IMG/VR virus record: IMGVR_UViG_2734482597_000010
Reading direction: 5' to 3' (one strand)
DNA: 64,000 nt
DNA from: a virus
Lineage: Duplodnaviria; Heunggongvirae; Uroviricota; Caudoviricetes
In this document: positions 39,334-53,830 of the stretch, one piece after another
Layout: each line of letters opens with the position of its first letter
Position numbering within the stretch: position 1 is the first letter of the stretch
Notes under the pieces: generated by a model
What the model saw: only the letters and a program-made list of their open reading frames with translations
What the model was told of the DNA's origin: nothing
The model's database searches: none
Program-made: the position numbers and the translations under genes

Positions 39334-39501
39334 ATCGTCGCCGTATTCCCGTATTAACAGAGACCGTAGCCCGACGGGGAACTCCTTCTGCGCGAGTGTG
39401 CGGGAATAATCAAAAACGATGCACACCGGGGTTACCGGGTACACATATTTCATCATGCCAGCGAGTCCGGTTCTGGCACGGAAGAAACCGGACGTTATGA
39501 T

Positions 39502-39912
39502 TTAGTGCGGAAATATTTGTGTAGTGTTCTGTATGTTCTCAGTAAAGAGTAATGAATTATCAAAGGTATAGTAATACCTTTTGTTTTCGTGGATATTTGT
39601 AATCCATCTGAAAACCCCTGCTGTAGCAAGATTTTTCCTGTATTCGTAAAATGATAACTCTCCTGATTTGAATCCTTTTAAGGTGGCTTCTATAAGGCAT
39701 TTATTTTTTGAAAATCTTACATTTACAACCTTACCCTGTCCTTTTATTAAAACCGTATTATCGTTTTCAAGAACAAGATGAATATTCTCTGTGGCTAAAT
39801 AGTAAATGTAATGTGAGACATTGTGACGTTTTAGTTCAGAATAAAACCAGTGATAGTTTAAATTATTTCGCACTTTATCGAATATTTGTTTAAAAATGGC
39901 AACCTGAGCCAT
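39502..39912 (-). CDS. YdfO-like DUF1398 protein (136 aa)
   Basis: [45 protein letters not shown]... resembles Qin prophage YdfO as I recall it. Confidence 0.55.
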   Translation of the reverse strand: MAQVAIFKQIFDKVRNNLNYHWFYSELKRHNVSHYIYYLATENIHLVLENDNTVLIKGQGKVVNVRFSKNKCLIEATLKGFKSGELSFYEYRKNLATAGVFRWITNIHENKRYYYTFDNSLLFTENIQNTTQIFPH

Positions 39913-39969
39913 TGTAGTACCTTCCATGTGATATGAGGGGGCGTAGTCTGCACGATTATCTAAATTGCT

Positions 39970-40203
39970 TCAATCTGGTCTAACCTGTTTTCTGAGCAAT
40001 TCAGTAATGTCACTCTTTTCTTTGTTTGCTTCAGGCGAAACTCTTTTTTCTGAGCACAGTCTCCGGCGGCAGGCTTCAATGACCCAGGCTGAGAAATTCC
40101 CGGACCCTTTTTGAACAAGAGCGATGTTAATTTGTTCAATCATTTGGTTAGGAAAGCGGATGTTGCGGGTTGTTGTTCTGCGGGTTCTGTTCTTCGTTGA
40201 CAT
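39970..40203 (-). CDS. YdfK/YnaE-like small prophage protein (77 aa)
   Basis: MSTKNRTRRTTTRNIRFPNQMIEQINIALVQKGSGNFSAWVIEACRRRL...; length and sequence recall ynaE/ydfK. Confidence 0.6.
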   Translation of the reverse strand: MSTKNRTRRTTTRNIRFPNQMIEQINIALVQKGSGNFSAWVIEACRRRLCSEKRVSPEANKEKSDITELLRKQVRPD

Positions 40204-40402
40204 GAGGTTGCCCTGTATTCAGTGTCGCTGATTTGTATTGTCTGAAGTTGTTTTTACGTTAAGTTGATGCAGATCAATTAATACGATACCTGCGTCATAA
40301 TTGATTATTTGACGTGGTTTGATGGCGTAGATGCACGTTGTGACATGTAGATGATAATTATTATCATTTTGCGGGTCCTTTCCGGCGATCCGACAGGTTA
40401 CG

Positions 40403-40414
40403 GGGCGGAAGGCG
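40403..40414. other. cohesive-end site (cosN position) of the lambda-like prophage, variant sequence GGGCGGAAGGCG
   Basis: Flanks ..CGACAGGTTACG and CGCGGGTTTTCGCTATTTATG.. match the lambda genome ends as I recall them. Confidence 0.55.
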
Positions 40415-40591
40415 CGCGGGTTTTCGCTATTTATGACAATTTTCCGGTTTAAGGCGTTTCCGTTCTTCTTCGCCGTAACCTAATGTTTTTATTTAAAACA
40501 CCCCCTGAAAAGAAAGGAAACGACAGGTGCTGAAAACGGGCTTTTTGGCCTCTGTCGTTTCCTTTCTCTGTTTTTGTCCGTGGAATGAACA

Positions 40592-41111
40592 ATGGAAGTC
40601 AACAAAAAGCAGCTGGCTGACATTTTCGGTGCGAGTATCCGTACCATTCAGAACTGGCAGGAACAGGGAATGCCCGTTCTGCGAGGCGGTGGCAAGGGTA
40701 ATGAGGTGCTTTATGACTCTGCCGCCGTTATAAGATGGTATGCCGAAAGGGATGCTGAAATTGAGAACGAAAAGCTGCGCCGGGAAGTTGAAGAACTGCG
40801 GCAGGCCAGCGAGACAGATCTCCAGCCAGGGACTATTGAGTACGAACGCCATCGACTTACGCGTGCGCAGGCCGACGCACAGGAGCTGAAAAATGCCAGA
40901 GACTCCGCTGAAGTGGTGGAAACCGCATTCTGTACTTTCGTGCTGTCGCGGATCGCAGGTGAAATTGCCAGTATTCTCGACGGGATCCCCCTGTCGGTGC
41001 AGCGGCGTTTTCCGGAACTGGAAAACCGACATGTTGATTTCCTGAAACGGGATATCATCAAAGCCATGAACAAAGCAGCCGCGCTGGATGAACTGATACC
41101 GGGGTTGCTGA

Positions 41112-41137
<26 letters not shown>
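40592..41137 (+). CDS. Nu1: terminase small subunit Nu1 (181 aa)
   Basis: MEVNKKQLADIFGASIRTIQNWQEQGMPVLRGGGKGNEVLYDSAAV... matches lambda Nu1. Confidence 0.95.
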
Positions 41138-44818
<3,681 letters not shown>

Positions 44819-44838
<20 letters not shown>

Positions 44839-46138
44839 TCTCCCGCATATTGCCAGCATGGCTTTTAATGAGCCGCTGATGCTTGAACCCGCCTATGCGC
44901 GGGTTTTCTTTTGTGCGCTTGCAGGCCAGCTTGGGATCAGCTGCCTGACGGATGCAGTATCCGGCGACAGCCTGACTGCCGGAGAGGCACCCGCGGCGCT
45001 GGCGTTATCCGGTGATGATGACGGACCACGACAGGCCCGCAGTTATCAGGTAATGAACGGCATCGCCGTGCTGCCGGTGTCCGGCACGCTGGTCAGCCGG
45101 ACGCGGGCGCTGCAGCCGTACTCGGGGATGACCGGTTACAACGGCATTATCGCCCGTCTGCAACAGGCTGCCAGCGACCCGATGGTGGACGGCATTCTGC
45201 TCGATATGGACACACCGGGCGGAATGGTGGCGGGAGCATTTGACTGCGCTGACATCATCGCCCGTGTGCGTGACATAAAGCCGGTATGGGCGCTGGCCAA
45301 TGACATGAACTGCAGCGCAGGTCAGCTGCTTGCCAGTGCCGCCTCCCGGCGTCTGGTCACGCAGACCGCCCGGACAGGCTCCATCGGCGTCATGATGGCT
45401 CACAGTAATTACGGCGCTGCACTGGAGAAACAGGGCGTGGAAATCACGCTGATTTACAGCGGCAGCCATAAGGTGGATGGCAACCCCTACAGCCATCTAC
45501 CGGATGATGTCCGGGAAACATTGCAGTCCCGGATGGATGCAACCCGCCGGATGTTTGCACAGAAGGTGTCGGCATATACCGGCCTGTCCGTGCAGGCTGT
45601 GCTGGATACCGAGGCTGCAGTGTACAGCGGTCAGGAGGCCATTGATGCCGGACTGGCTGATGAACTTGTTAACAGTACCGATGCGATCACCGTCATGCGT
45701 GATGCACTGGATGCACGTAAATCCCGTCTCTCAGGAGGGCGAATGACCAAAGAGACTCAATCAACAACTGTTTCAGCCACTGCTTCGCAGGCTGACGTTA
45801 CTGGCGTGGTGCAAGCGACGGAGGGCGAGAACGCCAGCGCGGCGCAGCCGGACGTGAACGCGCAGATCACCGCAGCGGTTGCGGCAGAAAACAGTCGCAT
45901 TATGGGGATCCTCAACTGTGAGGAGGCTCACGGACGCGAAGAACAGGCACGCGTGCTGGCCGAAACCCCCGGTATGACCGTGGAAACGGCCCGCCGTATT
46001 CTGGCCGCAGCACCACAGAGTGCACAGACGCGCAGTGACACTGCGCTGGATCGTCTGATGCAGGGGGCACCGGCACCGCTGGCTGCAGGTAACCCGGCAT
46101 CTGATGCCGTTAACGATTTGCTGAACACACCAGTGTAA
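44819..46138 (+). CDS. C: head protease/scaffold C (439 aa, GTG start)
   Basis: GTG at 44819 then TAELRNLPHIASMAFNEPLMLEP...; length as lambda gpC. Confidence 0.9.
45533..46138 (+). CDS. Nu3: scaffold protein Nu3 (in-frame internal start within C)
   Basis: ATG at 45533 (MDATRRMFAQK...), 714 nt into C in the same frame. Confidence 0.7.
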   Translation: MDATRRMFAQKVSAYTGLSVQAVLDTEAAVYSGQEAIDAGLADELVNSTDAITVMRDALDARKSRLSGGRMTKETQSTTVSATASQADVTGVVQATEGENASAAQPDVNAQITAAVAAENSRIMGILNCEEAHGREEQARVLAETPGMTVETARRILAAAPQSAQTRSDTALDRLMQGAPAPLAAGNPASDAVNDLLNTPV

Positions 46139-46147
46139 GGGATGTTT

Positions 46148-46480
46148 ATGACGAGCAAAGAAACCTTTACCCATTACCAGCCGCTGGGCAATAGTGACCC
46201 GGCTCATACCGCAACCGCGCCCGGCGGATTGAGTGCGAAAGCGCCTGCAATGACCCCGCTGATGCTGGACACCTCCACCCGTAAGCTGGTTGCGTGGGAT
46301 GGCACCACCGACGGTGCTGCCGTTGGCATTCTTGCGGTTGCTGCTGACCAGACCAGCACCACACTGACGTTCTACAAGTCCGGCACGTTCCGTTATGAGG
46401 ATGTGCTCTGGCCGGAGGCTGCCAGCGACGAGACGAAAAAACGGACCGTGTTTGCCGGAACGGCAATCAGCATCGTTTAA
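46148..46480 (+). CDS. D: head decoration protein D (110 aa)
   Basis: [33 protein letters not shown]... Confidence 0.9.
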   Translation: MTSKETFTHYQPLGNSDPAHTATAPGGLSAKAPAMTPLMLDTSTRKLVAWDGTTDGAAVGILAVAADQTSTTLTFYKSGTFRYEDVLWPEAASDETKKRTVFAGTAISIV

Positions 46481-46535
46481 CTTTACCCTTCATCACTAAA
46501 GGCCGCCTGTGTGGCTTTTTTTACGGGATTTTTTT

Positions 46536-47561
46536 ATGTCGATGTACACAACCGCCCAGCTGCTGGCGGCAAATGAGCAGAAATTTAAGTTTGATCCGCT
46601 GTTTCTGCGTCTCTTTTTCCGTGAGAGCTATCCCTTCACTACGGAGAAAGTCTATCTCTCACAAATTCCGGGACTGGTAAACATGGCGCTGTACGTTTCG
46701 CCGATTGTTTCCGGTGAGGTTATCCGTTCCCGTGGCGGCTCCACCTCTGAATTTACGCCGGGATATGTCAAACCCAAGCATGAGGTGAATCCGCAGATGA
46801 CCCTGCGTCGCCTGCCGGATGAAGATCCGCAGAATCTGGCGGACCCGGCTTACCGCCGCCGTCGCATCATCATGCAGAACATGCGTGACGAAGAGCTGGC
46901 CATTGCTCAGGTCGAAGAGATGCAGGCAGTTTCTGCCGTGCTCAAGGGCAAATACACCATGACCGGTGAAGCCTTCGATCCGGTTGAGGTGGATATGGGC
47001 CGCAGTGCGGCGAACAACATCACACAGTCCGGCGTCACGGAGTGGAGCAAGCGTGACAAGTCCACGTATGACCCGACCGACGATATCGAAGCCTACGCGC
47101 TGAACGCCAGCGGTGTGGTGAATATCATCGTGTTTGACCCGAAAGGCTGGGCGCTGTTCCGTTCCTTCAAAGCCGTCAAGGAGAAGCTGGATACCCGTCG
47201 CGGCTCTCATTCCGAGCTGGAGACAGCGGTAAAAGACCTGGGCAAAGCGGTGTCCTATAAGGGAATGTATGGCGATGTGGCCATCGTCGTGTATTCCGGA
47301 CAGTACGTGGAAAACGGCGTCAAAAAGAACTTCCTGCCGGACAACACGATGGTGCTGGGGAACACTCAGGCTCGCGGTCTGCGCACCTATGGCTGCATTC
47401 AGGATGCGGACGCACAGCGCGAAGGCATTAACGCTTCTGCCCGTTACCCGAAAAACTGGGTGACCACCGGCGATCCGGCGCGTGAGTTCACCATGATTCA
47501 GTCAGCACCGCTGATGCTGCTGGCTGATCCTGATGAGTTCGTGTCCGTTCAACTGGCGTAA
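46536..47561 (+). CDS. E: major capsid protein E (341 aa)
   Basis: MSMYTTAQLLAANEQKFKFDPLFLRLFFRESYPF...; a few residues differ from the lambda E I recall. Confidence 0.95.
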   Translation: MSMYTTAQLLAANEQKFKFDPLFLRLFFRESYPFTTEKVYLSQIPGLVNMALYVSPIVSGEVIRSRGGSTSEFTPGYVKPKHEVNPQMTLRRLPDEDPQNLADPAYRRRRIIMQNMRDEELAIAQVEEMQAVSAVLKGKYTMTGEAFDPVEVDMGRSAANNITQSGVTEWSKRDKSTYDPTDDIEAYALNASGVVNIIVFDPKGWALFRSFKAVKEKLDTRRGSHSELETAVKDLGKAVSYKGMYGDVAIVVYSGQYVENGVKKNFLPDNTMVLGNTQARGLRTYGCIQDADAQREGINASARYPKNWVTTGDPAREFTMIQSAPLMLLADPDEFVSVQLA

Positions 47562-47602
47562 TCATGGCCCTTCGGGGCCATTTTCTCTCTGTGGAGGAGT
47601 TC

Positions 47603-48001
47603 ATGACGAAAGATGAACTGATTGCCCGTCTTCAGGAGCTGGGTGAGCAATTGAACCGCGATGTCAGTTTGACGGGAACGAAAGAAGAACTGGCGCTTCG
47701 TGTGGCAGAGCTGGAAGAAGAGCTTGATGACACGGATGAAACTGCCGGTCAGGACACCCCTCTCAGCCGGGAAAATGTGCTGACCGGGCATGAAAATGAG
47801 GTGGTATCAGCGCAGCCGGATACCGTGATTCAGGATACGGCTGAACTGGTCACGGTCGTGGCACTGGTGACGCTGCATACTGATGCACTTCACGCCACGC
47901 GGGATAAACCTGTGGCATTTGTGCTGCCGGGAACGGCGTTTCGTGTCTCTGCCGGTGTGGCAGCCGAAATGACAGAGCGCGGCCTGGCCAGAATGCAATA
48001 A
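47603..48001 (+). CDS. FI: DNA packaging protein FI (132 aa)
   Basis: MTKDELIARLQELGEQLNRDVSLTGTKEELALRV...; GGAGGAG RBS. Confidence 0.85.
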   Translation: MTKDELIARLQELGEQLNRDVSLTGTKEELALRVAELEEELDDTDETAGQDTPLSRENVLTGHENEVVSAQPDTVIQDTAELVTVVALVTLHTDALHATRDKPVAFVLPGTAFRVSAGVAAEMTERGLARMQ

Positions 48002-48012
48002 CGGGAGGCGCT

Positions 48013-48366
48013 GTGGCTGATTTCGATAACCTGTTCGATGCTGCCATTGCCCGCGCCGATGAAACGATACGCGGGTACATGGGAACGTCAGCCACCATGA
48101 CATCCGGTGAGCAGTCAGGTGCGGTGATACGTGGTGTTTTTGATGACCCTGAAAATATCAGCTATGCCGGACAGGGCGTGCGCGTTGAAGGCTCCAGCCC
48201 GTCCCTGTTTGTCCGGACTGATGAGGTGCGGCAGCTGCGGCGTGGAGACACGCTGACCATCGGTGAGGAAAATTTCTGGGTAGATCGGGTTTCGCCGGAT
48301 GATGGCGGAAGTTGTCATCTCTGGCTTGGACGGGGCGTACCGCCTGCCGTTAACCGTCGCCGCTGA
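48013..48366 (+). CDS. FII: head-tail joining protein FII (117 aa)
   Basis: Length and position as in lambda. Confidence 0.9.
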   Translation: MADFDNLFDAAIARADETIRGYMGTSATMTSGEQSGAVIRGVFDDPENISYAGQGVRVEGSSPSLFVRTDEVRQLRRGDTLTIGEENFWVDRVSPDDGGSCHLWLGRGVPPAVNRRR

Positions 48367-48377
48367 AAGGGGGATGT

Positions 48378-48956
48378 ATGGCCATAAAAGGTCTTGAGCA
48401 GGCCGTTGAAAACCTCAGCCGTATCAGCAAAACGGCGGTGCCCGGTGCCGCCGCAATGGCCATTAACCGCGTTGCTTCATCCGCGATATCGCAGTCTGCG
48501 TCACAGGTTGCCCGTGAGACAAAGGTACGCCGGAAACTGGTAAAGGAAAGGGCCAGGCTGAAAAGGGCCACGGTCAAAAATCCGCAGGCCAGAATCAAAG
48601 TTAACCGGGGGGATTTGCCCGTAATCAAGCTGGGTAATGCGCGGGTTGTCCTGTCCCGCCGCAGGCGTCATAAAAAGGGGCAGCGTTCATCCCTGAAAGG
48701 TGGCGGCAGCGTGCTTGTGGTGGGTAACCGTCGTATTCCCGGCGCGTTTATTCAGCAACTGAAAAACGGCCGGTGGCATGTTATGCAGCGTGTGGCCGGG
48801 AAAAACCGTTACCCCATTGATGTGGTGAAAATCCCGATGGCGGTGCCGCTGACCACGGCGTTTAAACAGAATATTGAACGGATACGGCGTGAACGTCTTC
48901 CGAAAGAGCTGGGCTATGCGCTGCAGCATCAACTGAGAATGGTAATAAAGCGATGA
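48378..48956 (+). CDS. Z: tail completion protein Z (192 aa)
   Basis: Length and position as in lambda. Confidence 0.9.
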   Translation: MAIKGLEQAVENLSRISKTAVPGAAAMAINRVASSAISQSASQVARETKVRRKLVKERARLKRATVKNPQARIKVNRGDLPVIKLGNARVVLSRRRRHKKGQRSSLKGGGSVLVVGNRRIPGAFIQQLKNGRWHVMQRVAGKNRYPIDVVKIPMAVPLTTAFKQNIERIRRERLPKELGYALQHQLRMVIKR

Positions 48957-49348
48957 AACATACTGAACTCCGTGCAGCCGTACTGGATGCACTGGAGAAG
49001 CATGACACCGGGGCGACGCTTTTTGATGGTCGCCCCGCTGTTTTTGATGAGGAAGATTTTCCGGCAATTGCCGTTTATCTCACCGGCGCTGAATACACGG
49101 GCGAAGAGCTGGACAGCGATACCTGGCAGGCGGAGCTGCATATTGAAGTTTTCCTGCCTGCTCAGGTGCCGGATTCAGAGCTGGATTCGTGGATGGAGTC
49201 CCGGATTTATCCTGTGATGAGCGATATCCCGGCACTGTCAGATTTGATCACCAGTATGGTGGCCAGCGGCTATGACTACCGGCGCGACGATGATGCGGGC
49301 CTGTGGAGTTCAGCCGATCTGACTTATGTCATTATCTATGAAATGTGA
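48953..49348 (+). CDS. U: tail terminator protein U (131 aa)
   Basis: Length and position as in lambda. Confidence 0.9.
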   Translation: MKHTELRAAVLDALEKHDTGATLFDGRPAVFDEEDFPAIAVYLTGAEYTGEELDSDTWQAELHIEVFLPAQVPDSELDSWMESRIYPVMSDIPALSDLITSMVASGYDYRRDDDAGLWSSADLTYVIIYEM

Positions 49349-49355
49349 GGACGCT

Positions 49356-50096
49356 ATGCCTGTACCAAATCCTACAATGCCGGTGAAAGGTGCCGGGACC
49401 ACCCTGTGGGTTTATAAGGGGAGCGGTGACCCTTATGCGAACCCGCTTTCAGACGTTGACTGGTCGCGTCTGGCAAAAGTTAAAGACCTGACGCCCGGCG
49501 AACTGACCGCTGAGTCCTATGACGACAGCTATCTCGATGATGAAGATGCAGACTGGACTGCGACCGGGCAGGGGCAGAAATCTGCCGGAGATACCAGCTT
49601 CACGCTGGCGTGGATGCCCGGAGAGCAGGGGCAGCAGGCGCTGCTGGCGTGGTTTAATGAAGGTGATACCCGTGCCTATAAAATCCGCTTCCCGAACGGC
49701 ACGGTCGATGTGTTCCGTGGCTGGGTCAGCAGTATCGGTAAGGCGGTGACGGCGAAGGAGGTGATTACCCGCACGGTGAAGGTCACCAATGTGGGACGTC
49801 CGTCGATGGCAGAAGATCGCAGCACGGTGACGGCGACGACCGGCATGACGGTGACACCCGCCAGTGCTTCCGTAGTGAAAGGGCAGAGCACCACGCTGAC
49901 CGTGGCATTCCAGCCGGATGGCGCAACCGACAAGAGCTTCCGTGCGGTGTCTGCGGATAAAACAAAAGCCACCGTGTCGGTCAGTGGTATGACCATCACC
50001 GTGAAAGGTGTTGCTGCAGGCAAGGTCAACATTCCGGTCGTATCTGGTAATGGTGAGTTTGCTGCGGTTGCAGAAATCAACGTCACCGCCAGTTAA
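49356..50096 (+). CDS. V: major tail protein V (246 aa)
   Basis: [36 protein letters not shown]... Confidence 0.9.
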   Translation: MPVPNPTMPVKGAGTTLWVYKGSGDPYANPLSDVDWSRLAKVKDLTPGELTAESYDDSYLDDEDADWTATGQGQKSAGDTSFTLAWMPGEQGQQALLAWFNEGDTRAYKIRFPNGTVDVFRGWVSSIGKAVTAKEVITRTVKVTNVGRPSMAEDRSTVTATTGMTVTPASASVVKGQSTTLTVAFQPDGATDKSFRAVSADKTKATVSVSGMTITVKGVAAGKVNIPVVSGNGEFAAVAEINVTAS

Positions 50097-50111
50097 TCCG
50101 GAGAGTCAGCG

Positions 50112-50534
50112 ATGTTCCTGAAAACCGAATCATTTGAACATAACGGTGTGACCGTCACGCTTTCTGAACTGTCAGCCCTGCAGCGTATTGAGCATCTCGA
50201 CCTGATGAAACGGCAGGCAGAACAGGCGGAGTCAGACAGCAACCGGAAGTTTACTGTGGAAGACGCCATCAGAACCGGCGCTTTTGTGGTTGCGATGTCC
50301 CTGTGGCATAACCATCCGAAGAAGACGCAGATGCCGTCCATGAATGAAGCCGTTAAACAGATTGAGCAGGAAGTGCTTACCACCTGGCCCACAGAGGCAA
50401 TTTCTCATGCTGAAAACGTGGTGTACCGGCTGTCCGGTATGTATGAGTTTGTGGTGAATGATGCTCCTGAACAGGCAGAGGACGCCGGGCCTGCAGAGCC
50501 TGTTTCTGCGGGAAAGTGTTCGACGGTGAGCTGA
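50112..50534 (+). CDS. G: tail assembly chaperone G (140 aa)
   Basis: Length and position; slippery GGGAAAG at 50510-50516 near its 3' end. Confidence 0.9.
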   Translation: MFLKTESFEHNGVTVTLSELSALQRIEHLDLMKRQAEQAESDSNRKFTVEDAIRTGAFVVAMSLWHNHPKKTQMPSMNEAVKQIEQEVLTTWPTEAISHAENVVYRLSGMYEFVVNDAPEQAEDAGPAEPVSAGKCSTVS

Positions 50535-50950
50535 GTTTTGCCCTGAAACTGGCGCGTGAGATGGGGCGACCCGACTGGCGCGCCATGCTTGCCGGGATGT
50601 CATCCACGGAGTATGCCGACTGGCACCGCTTTTACAGTACCCATTATTTTCATGATGTTCTGCTGGATATGCACTTTTCCGGGCTGACGTACACCGTGCT
50701 CAGCCTGTTTTTCAGCGATCCGGAGATGCATCCGCTGGATTTCAGTCTGCTGAACCGGCGCGAGGCTGACGAAGAGCCTGAAGATGATGTGCTGATGCAG
50801 AAAGCGGCAGGGCTTGCCGGAGGTGTCCGCTTTGGCCCGGACGGGAATGAAGTTATCCCCGCTTCCCCGGATGTGGCGGACATGACGGAGGATGACGTAA
50901 TGCTGATGACAGTATCAGAAGGGATCGCAGGAGGAGTCCGGTATGGCTGA
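50510..50950 (+). CDS. T: T portion of the G-T fusion, reached by -1 programmed frameshift at GGGAAAG
   Basis: The -1 frame is open from the slippery site through ORF 50516..50950; established lambda mechanism. Confidence 0.8.
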   Translation, partial: GKVFDGELSFALKLAREMGRPDWRAMLAGMSSTEYADWHRFYSTHYFHDVLLDMHFSGLTYTVLSLFFSDPEMHPLDFSLLNRREADEEPEDDVLMQKAAGLAGGVRFGPDGNEVIPASPDVADMTEDDVMLMTVSEGIAGGVRYG

Positions 50951-53504
50951 ACCGGTAGGCGATCTGGTCGTTGATTTGAGTCTGGATGCGGCCAGATTTG
51001 ACGAGCAGATGGCCAGAGTCAGGCGTCATTTTTCCGGTACGGAAAGTGATGCGAAAAAAACAGCGGCAGTCGTTGAACAGTCGCTGAGCCGACAGGCGCT
51101 GGCTGCACAGAAAGCGGGGATTTCCGTCGGGCAGTATAAAGCCGCCATGCGTATGCTGCCTGCACAGTTCACCGACGTGGCCACGCAGCTTGCAGGGGGG
51201 CAGAATCCCTGGCTGATCCTGCTGCAACAGGGTGGTCAGGTTAAGGACTCCTTCGGCGGGATGATCCCCATGTTCAGGGGGCTTGCCGGCGCGATCACCC
51301 TGCCGATGGTGGGGGCCACCTCGCTGGCGGTGGCGACCGGTGCGCTGGCGTATGCCTGGTATCAGGGCAACTCAACCCTGTCCGATTTCAACAAAACGCT
51401 GGTCCTTTCCGGTAATCAGGCGGGACTGACGGCAGATCGTATGCTGGTCCTGTCCAGAGCCGGGCAGGCGGCAGGGCTGACGTTTAACCAGACCAGCGAG
51501 TCACTCAGCGCACTGGTTAAGGCGGGGGTAAGCGGTGAGGCTCAGATTGCGTCCATCAGCCAGAGTGTGGCGCGTTTCTCCTATGCATCCGGCGTGGAGG
51601 TGGACAAGGTCGCTGAAGCCTTCGGGAAGCTGACCACAGACCCGACGTCGGGGCTGACGGCGATGGCACGCCAGTTCCATAACGTGACGGCGGAGCAGAT
51701 TGCGTATGTTGCTCAGTTGCAGCGTTCCGGCGATGAAGCCGGGGCATTGCAGGCGGCGAACGAGGCCGCAACGAAAGGGTTTGATGACCAGACCCGCCGC
51801 CTGAAAGAGAACATGGGCACGCTGGAGACCTGGGCAGACAGGACTGCACGTGCATTCAAATCCATGTGGGATGCGGTGCTGGATATTGGTCGTCCTGATA
51901 CCGCGCAGGAGATGCTGATTAAGGCAGAGGCTGCGTTTAAGAAAGCAGACGACATCTGGAATCTGCGCAAGGATGATTATTTCGTTAACGATGAAGCACG
52001 GGCGCGTTACTGGGATGATCGTGAAAAAAAACGCCTGGAGCGGGATGCAGCCCAAAAGAGGGTAGATCAACAGCGTCAACAGGACAAAAATGCGCAGCAG
52101 CAGAGCGATACCGAAGCGTCACGGCTGAAATATACCGAAGAGGCGCAGAAGGCTTACGAACGGCTGCAGACGCCGCTGGAGAAATATACCGCCCGTCAGG
52201 AAGAACTGAACAAGGCACTGAAAGACGGAAAAATCCTGCAGGCAGATTACAACACGCTGATGGCGGCGGCGAAAAAGGATTATGAAGCGACGCTGAAAAA
52301 GCCGAAACAGTCCGGCGTGAAGGTGTATGCGGGCGATCGTCAGGAAGACAGTGCTCATGCGGCCCTGCTGACGCTTCAGGCAGAACTCCGGACGCTGGAG
52401 AAGCATGCCGGAGCGAATGAGAAAATCAGCCAGCAGCGCCGGGATTTGTGGAAGGCAGAAAGTCAGTTCGCGGTACTGGAGGAGGCGGCACAACGTCGCC
52501 AGCTGTCCGCACAGGAGAAATCCCTGCTGGCGCATAAAGACGAGACGCTGGAGTACAAACGCCAGCTGGCTGCACTTGGTGACAAGGTTACGTATCAGGA
52601 GCACCTGAATGCGCTGGCGCAGCAGGCGGATAAATTCGCACAGCAGCAACGGGCAAAACGGGCAGCCATTGATGCGAAAAACCGGGGGCTGACTGACCGG
52701 CAGGCAGCGCGGGAAGCCACGGAACAGCGCCTGAAGGAACAGTATGGCGATAATCCTCTGGCGCTGAATAACGTCATGTCAGAGCAGAAAAAGACCTGGG
52801 CGGCTGAAGACCAGCTTCGCGGGAGCTGGATGGCAGGCCTGAAGTCCGGCTGGAGTGAGTGGGAAGAGAGCGCCACGGACAGTATGTCACAGGTTAAAAG
52901 TGCAGCCACGCAGACCTTTGATGGTATTGCACAGAATATGGCGGCGATGCTGACCGGCAGTGAACAGAACTGGCGCAGCTTCACCCGCTCCGTGCTGTCC
53001 ATGATGACAGAAATTCTGCTTAAGCAGGCAATGGTGGGGATTGTCGGGAGTATCGGCAGCGCCATTGGCGGGGCTGTTGGTGGCGGCGCATCCGCGTCAG
53101 GTGGTACAGCCATTCAGGCCGCTGCGGTGAAATTCCATTTTGCAACCGGGGGATTTACGGGAACCGGCGGCAAATATGAGCCAGCGGGGATTGTTCACCG
53201 TGGTGAATTTGTCTTCACGAAGGAGGCAACCAGCCGGATTGGCGTGGGGAATCTCTACCGGCTGATGCGCGGCTATGCGGAAGGTGGTTATGTGGGCGGT
53301 GCCGGAAGTCCGGCGCAGATGCGGCGGGCTGAAGGCATTAATTTTAATCAGAACAATCACGTGGTGATTCAGAACGACGGTACGAATGGTCTGCCAGGTC
53401 CACAGATGATGAAGGCCGTGTATGACATGGCCCGCAAGGGTGCCCGTGATGAAATTCAGACACAGATGCGTGATGGTGGCCTGTTCTCCGGAGGTGGACG
53501 ATGA
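50943..53504 (+). CDS. H: tail tape measure protein H (853 aa)
   Basis: 853 aa, as lambda gpH. Confidence 0.95.
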   Translation: MAEPVGDLVVDLSLDAARFDEQMARVRRHFSGTESDAKKTAAVVEQSLSRQALAAQKAGISVGQYKAAMRMLPAQFTDVATQLAGGQNPWLILLQQGGQVKDSFGGMIPMFRGLAGAITLPMVGATSLAVATGALAYAWYQGNSTLSDFNKTLVLSGNQAGLTADRMLVLSRAGQAAGLTFNQTSESLSALVKAGVSGEAQIASISQSVARFSYASGVEVDKVAEAFGKLTTDPTSGLTAMARQFHNVTAEQIAYVAQLQRSGDEAGALQAANEAATKGFDDQTRRLKENMGTLETWADRTARAFKSMWDAVLDIGRPDTAQEMLIKAEAAFKKADDIWNLRKDDYFVNDEARARYWDDREKKRLERDAAQKRVDQQRQQDKNAQQQSDTEASRLKYTEEAQKAYERLQTPLEKYTARQEELNKALKDGKILQADYNTLMAAAKKDYEATLKKPKQSGVKVYAGDRQEDSAHAALLTLQAELRTLEKHAGANEKISQQRRDLWKAESQFAVLEEAAQRRQLSAQEKSLLAHKDETLEYKRQLAALGDKVTYQEHLNALAQQADKFAQQQRAKRAAIDAKNRGLTDRQAAREATEQRLKEQYGDNPLALNNVMSEQKKTWAAEDQLRGSWMAGLKSGWSEWEESATDSMSQVKSAATQTFDGIAQNMAAMLTGSEQNWRSFTRSVLSMMTEILLKQAMVGIVGSIGSAIGGAVGGGASASGGTAIQAAAVKFHFATGGFTGTGGKYEPAGIVHRGEFVFTKEATSRIGVGNLYRLMRGYAEGGYVGGAGSPAQMRRAEGINFNQNNHVVIQNDGTNGLPGPQMMKAVYDMARKGARDEIQTQMRDGGLFSGGGR

Positions 53505-53830
53505 AAACCTTCCGCTGGAAAGTGAAACCCGGTATGGATGTGGCTTCGGCCCCTTCTGTAAGAAAGGTGCGCTTTGGTGATGGCTATTCCCAGCGAGCGC
53601 CTGCCGGGCTGAATGCCAACCTGAAAACGTACAGCGTGACGCTTTCTGTCCCCCGTGAGGAGGCCATGGTACTGGAGTCGTTTCTGGAAGAGCACGGGGG
53701 CTGGAAAGCCTTTCTGTGGACGCCGCCTTATGAGTGGCGGCAGATAAAGGTGACCTGCGCAAAATGGTCGTCGCGGGTCAGTATGCTGCGTGTTGAGTTC
53801 AGCGCAGAGTTTGAACAGGTGGTGAACTGA
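53501..53830 (+). CDS. M: minor tail protein M (109 aa)
   Basis: Length and position as in lambda. Confidence 0.9.
   Translation: MKTFRWKVKPGMDVASAPSVRKVRFGDGYSQRAPAGLNANLKTYSVTLSVPREEAMVLESFLEEHGGWKAFLWTPPYEWRQIKVTCAKWSSRVSMLRVEFSAEFEQVVN

Noticed and set aside
51501-53762. Several minus-strand ORFs (85-221 aa) inside the H tape measure gene
   Set aside because: Antisense to an 853-aa gene of established identity; typical open antisense frames in GC-rich coding DNA.
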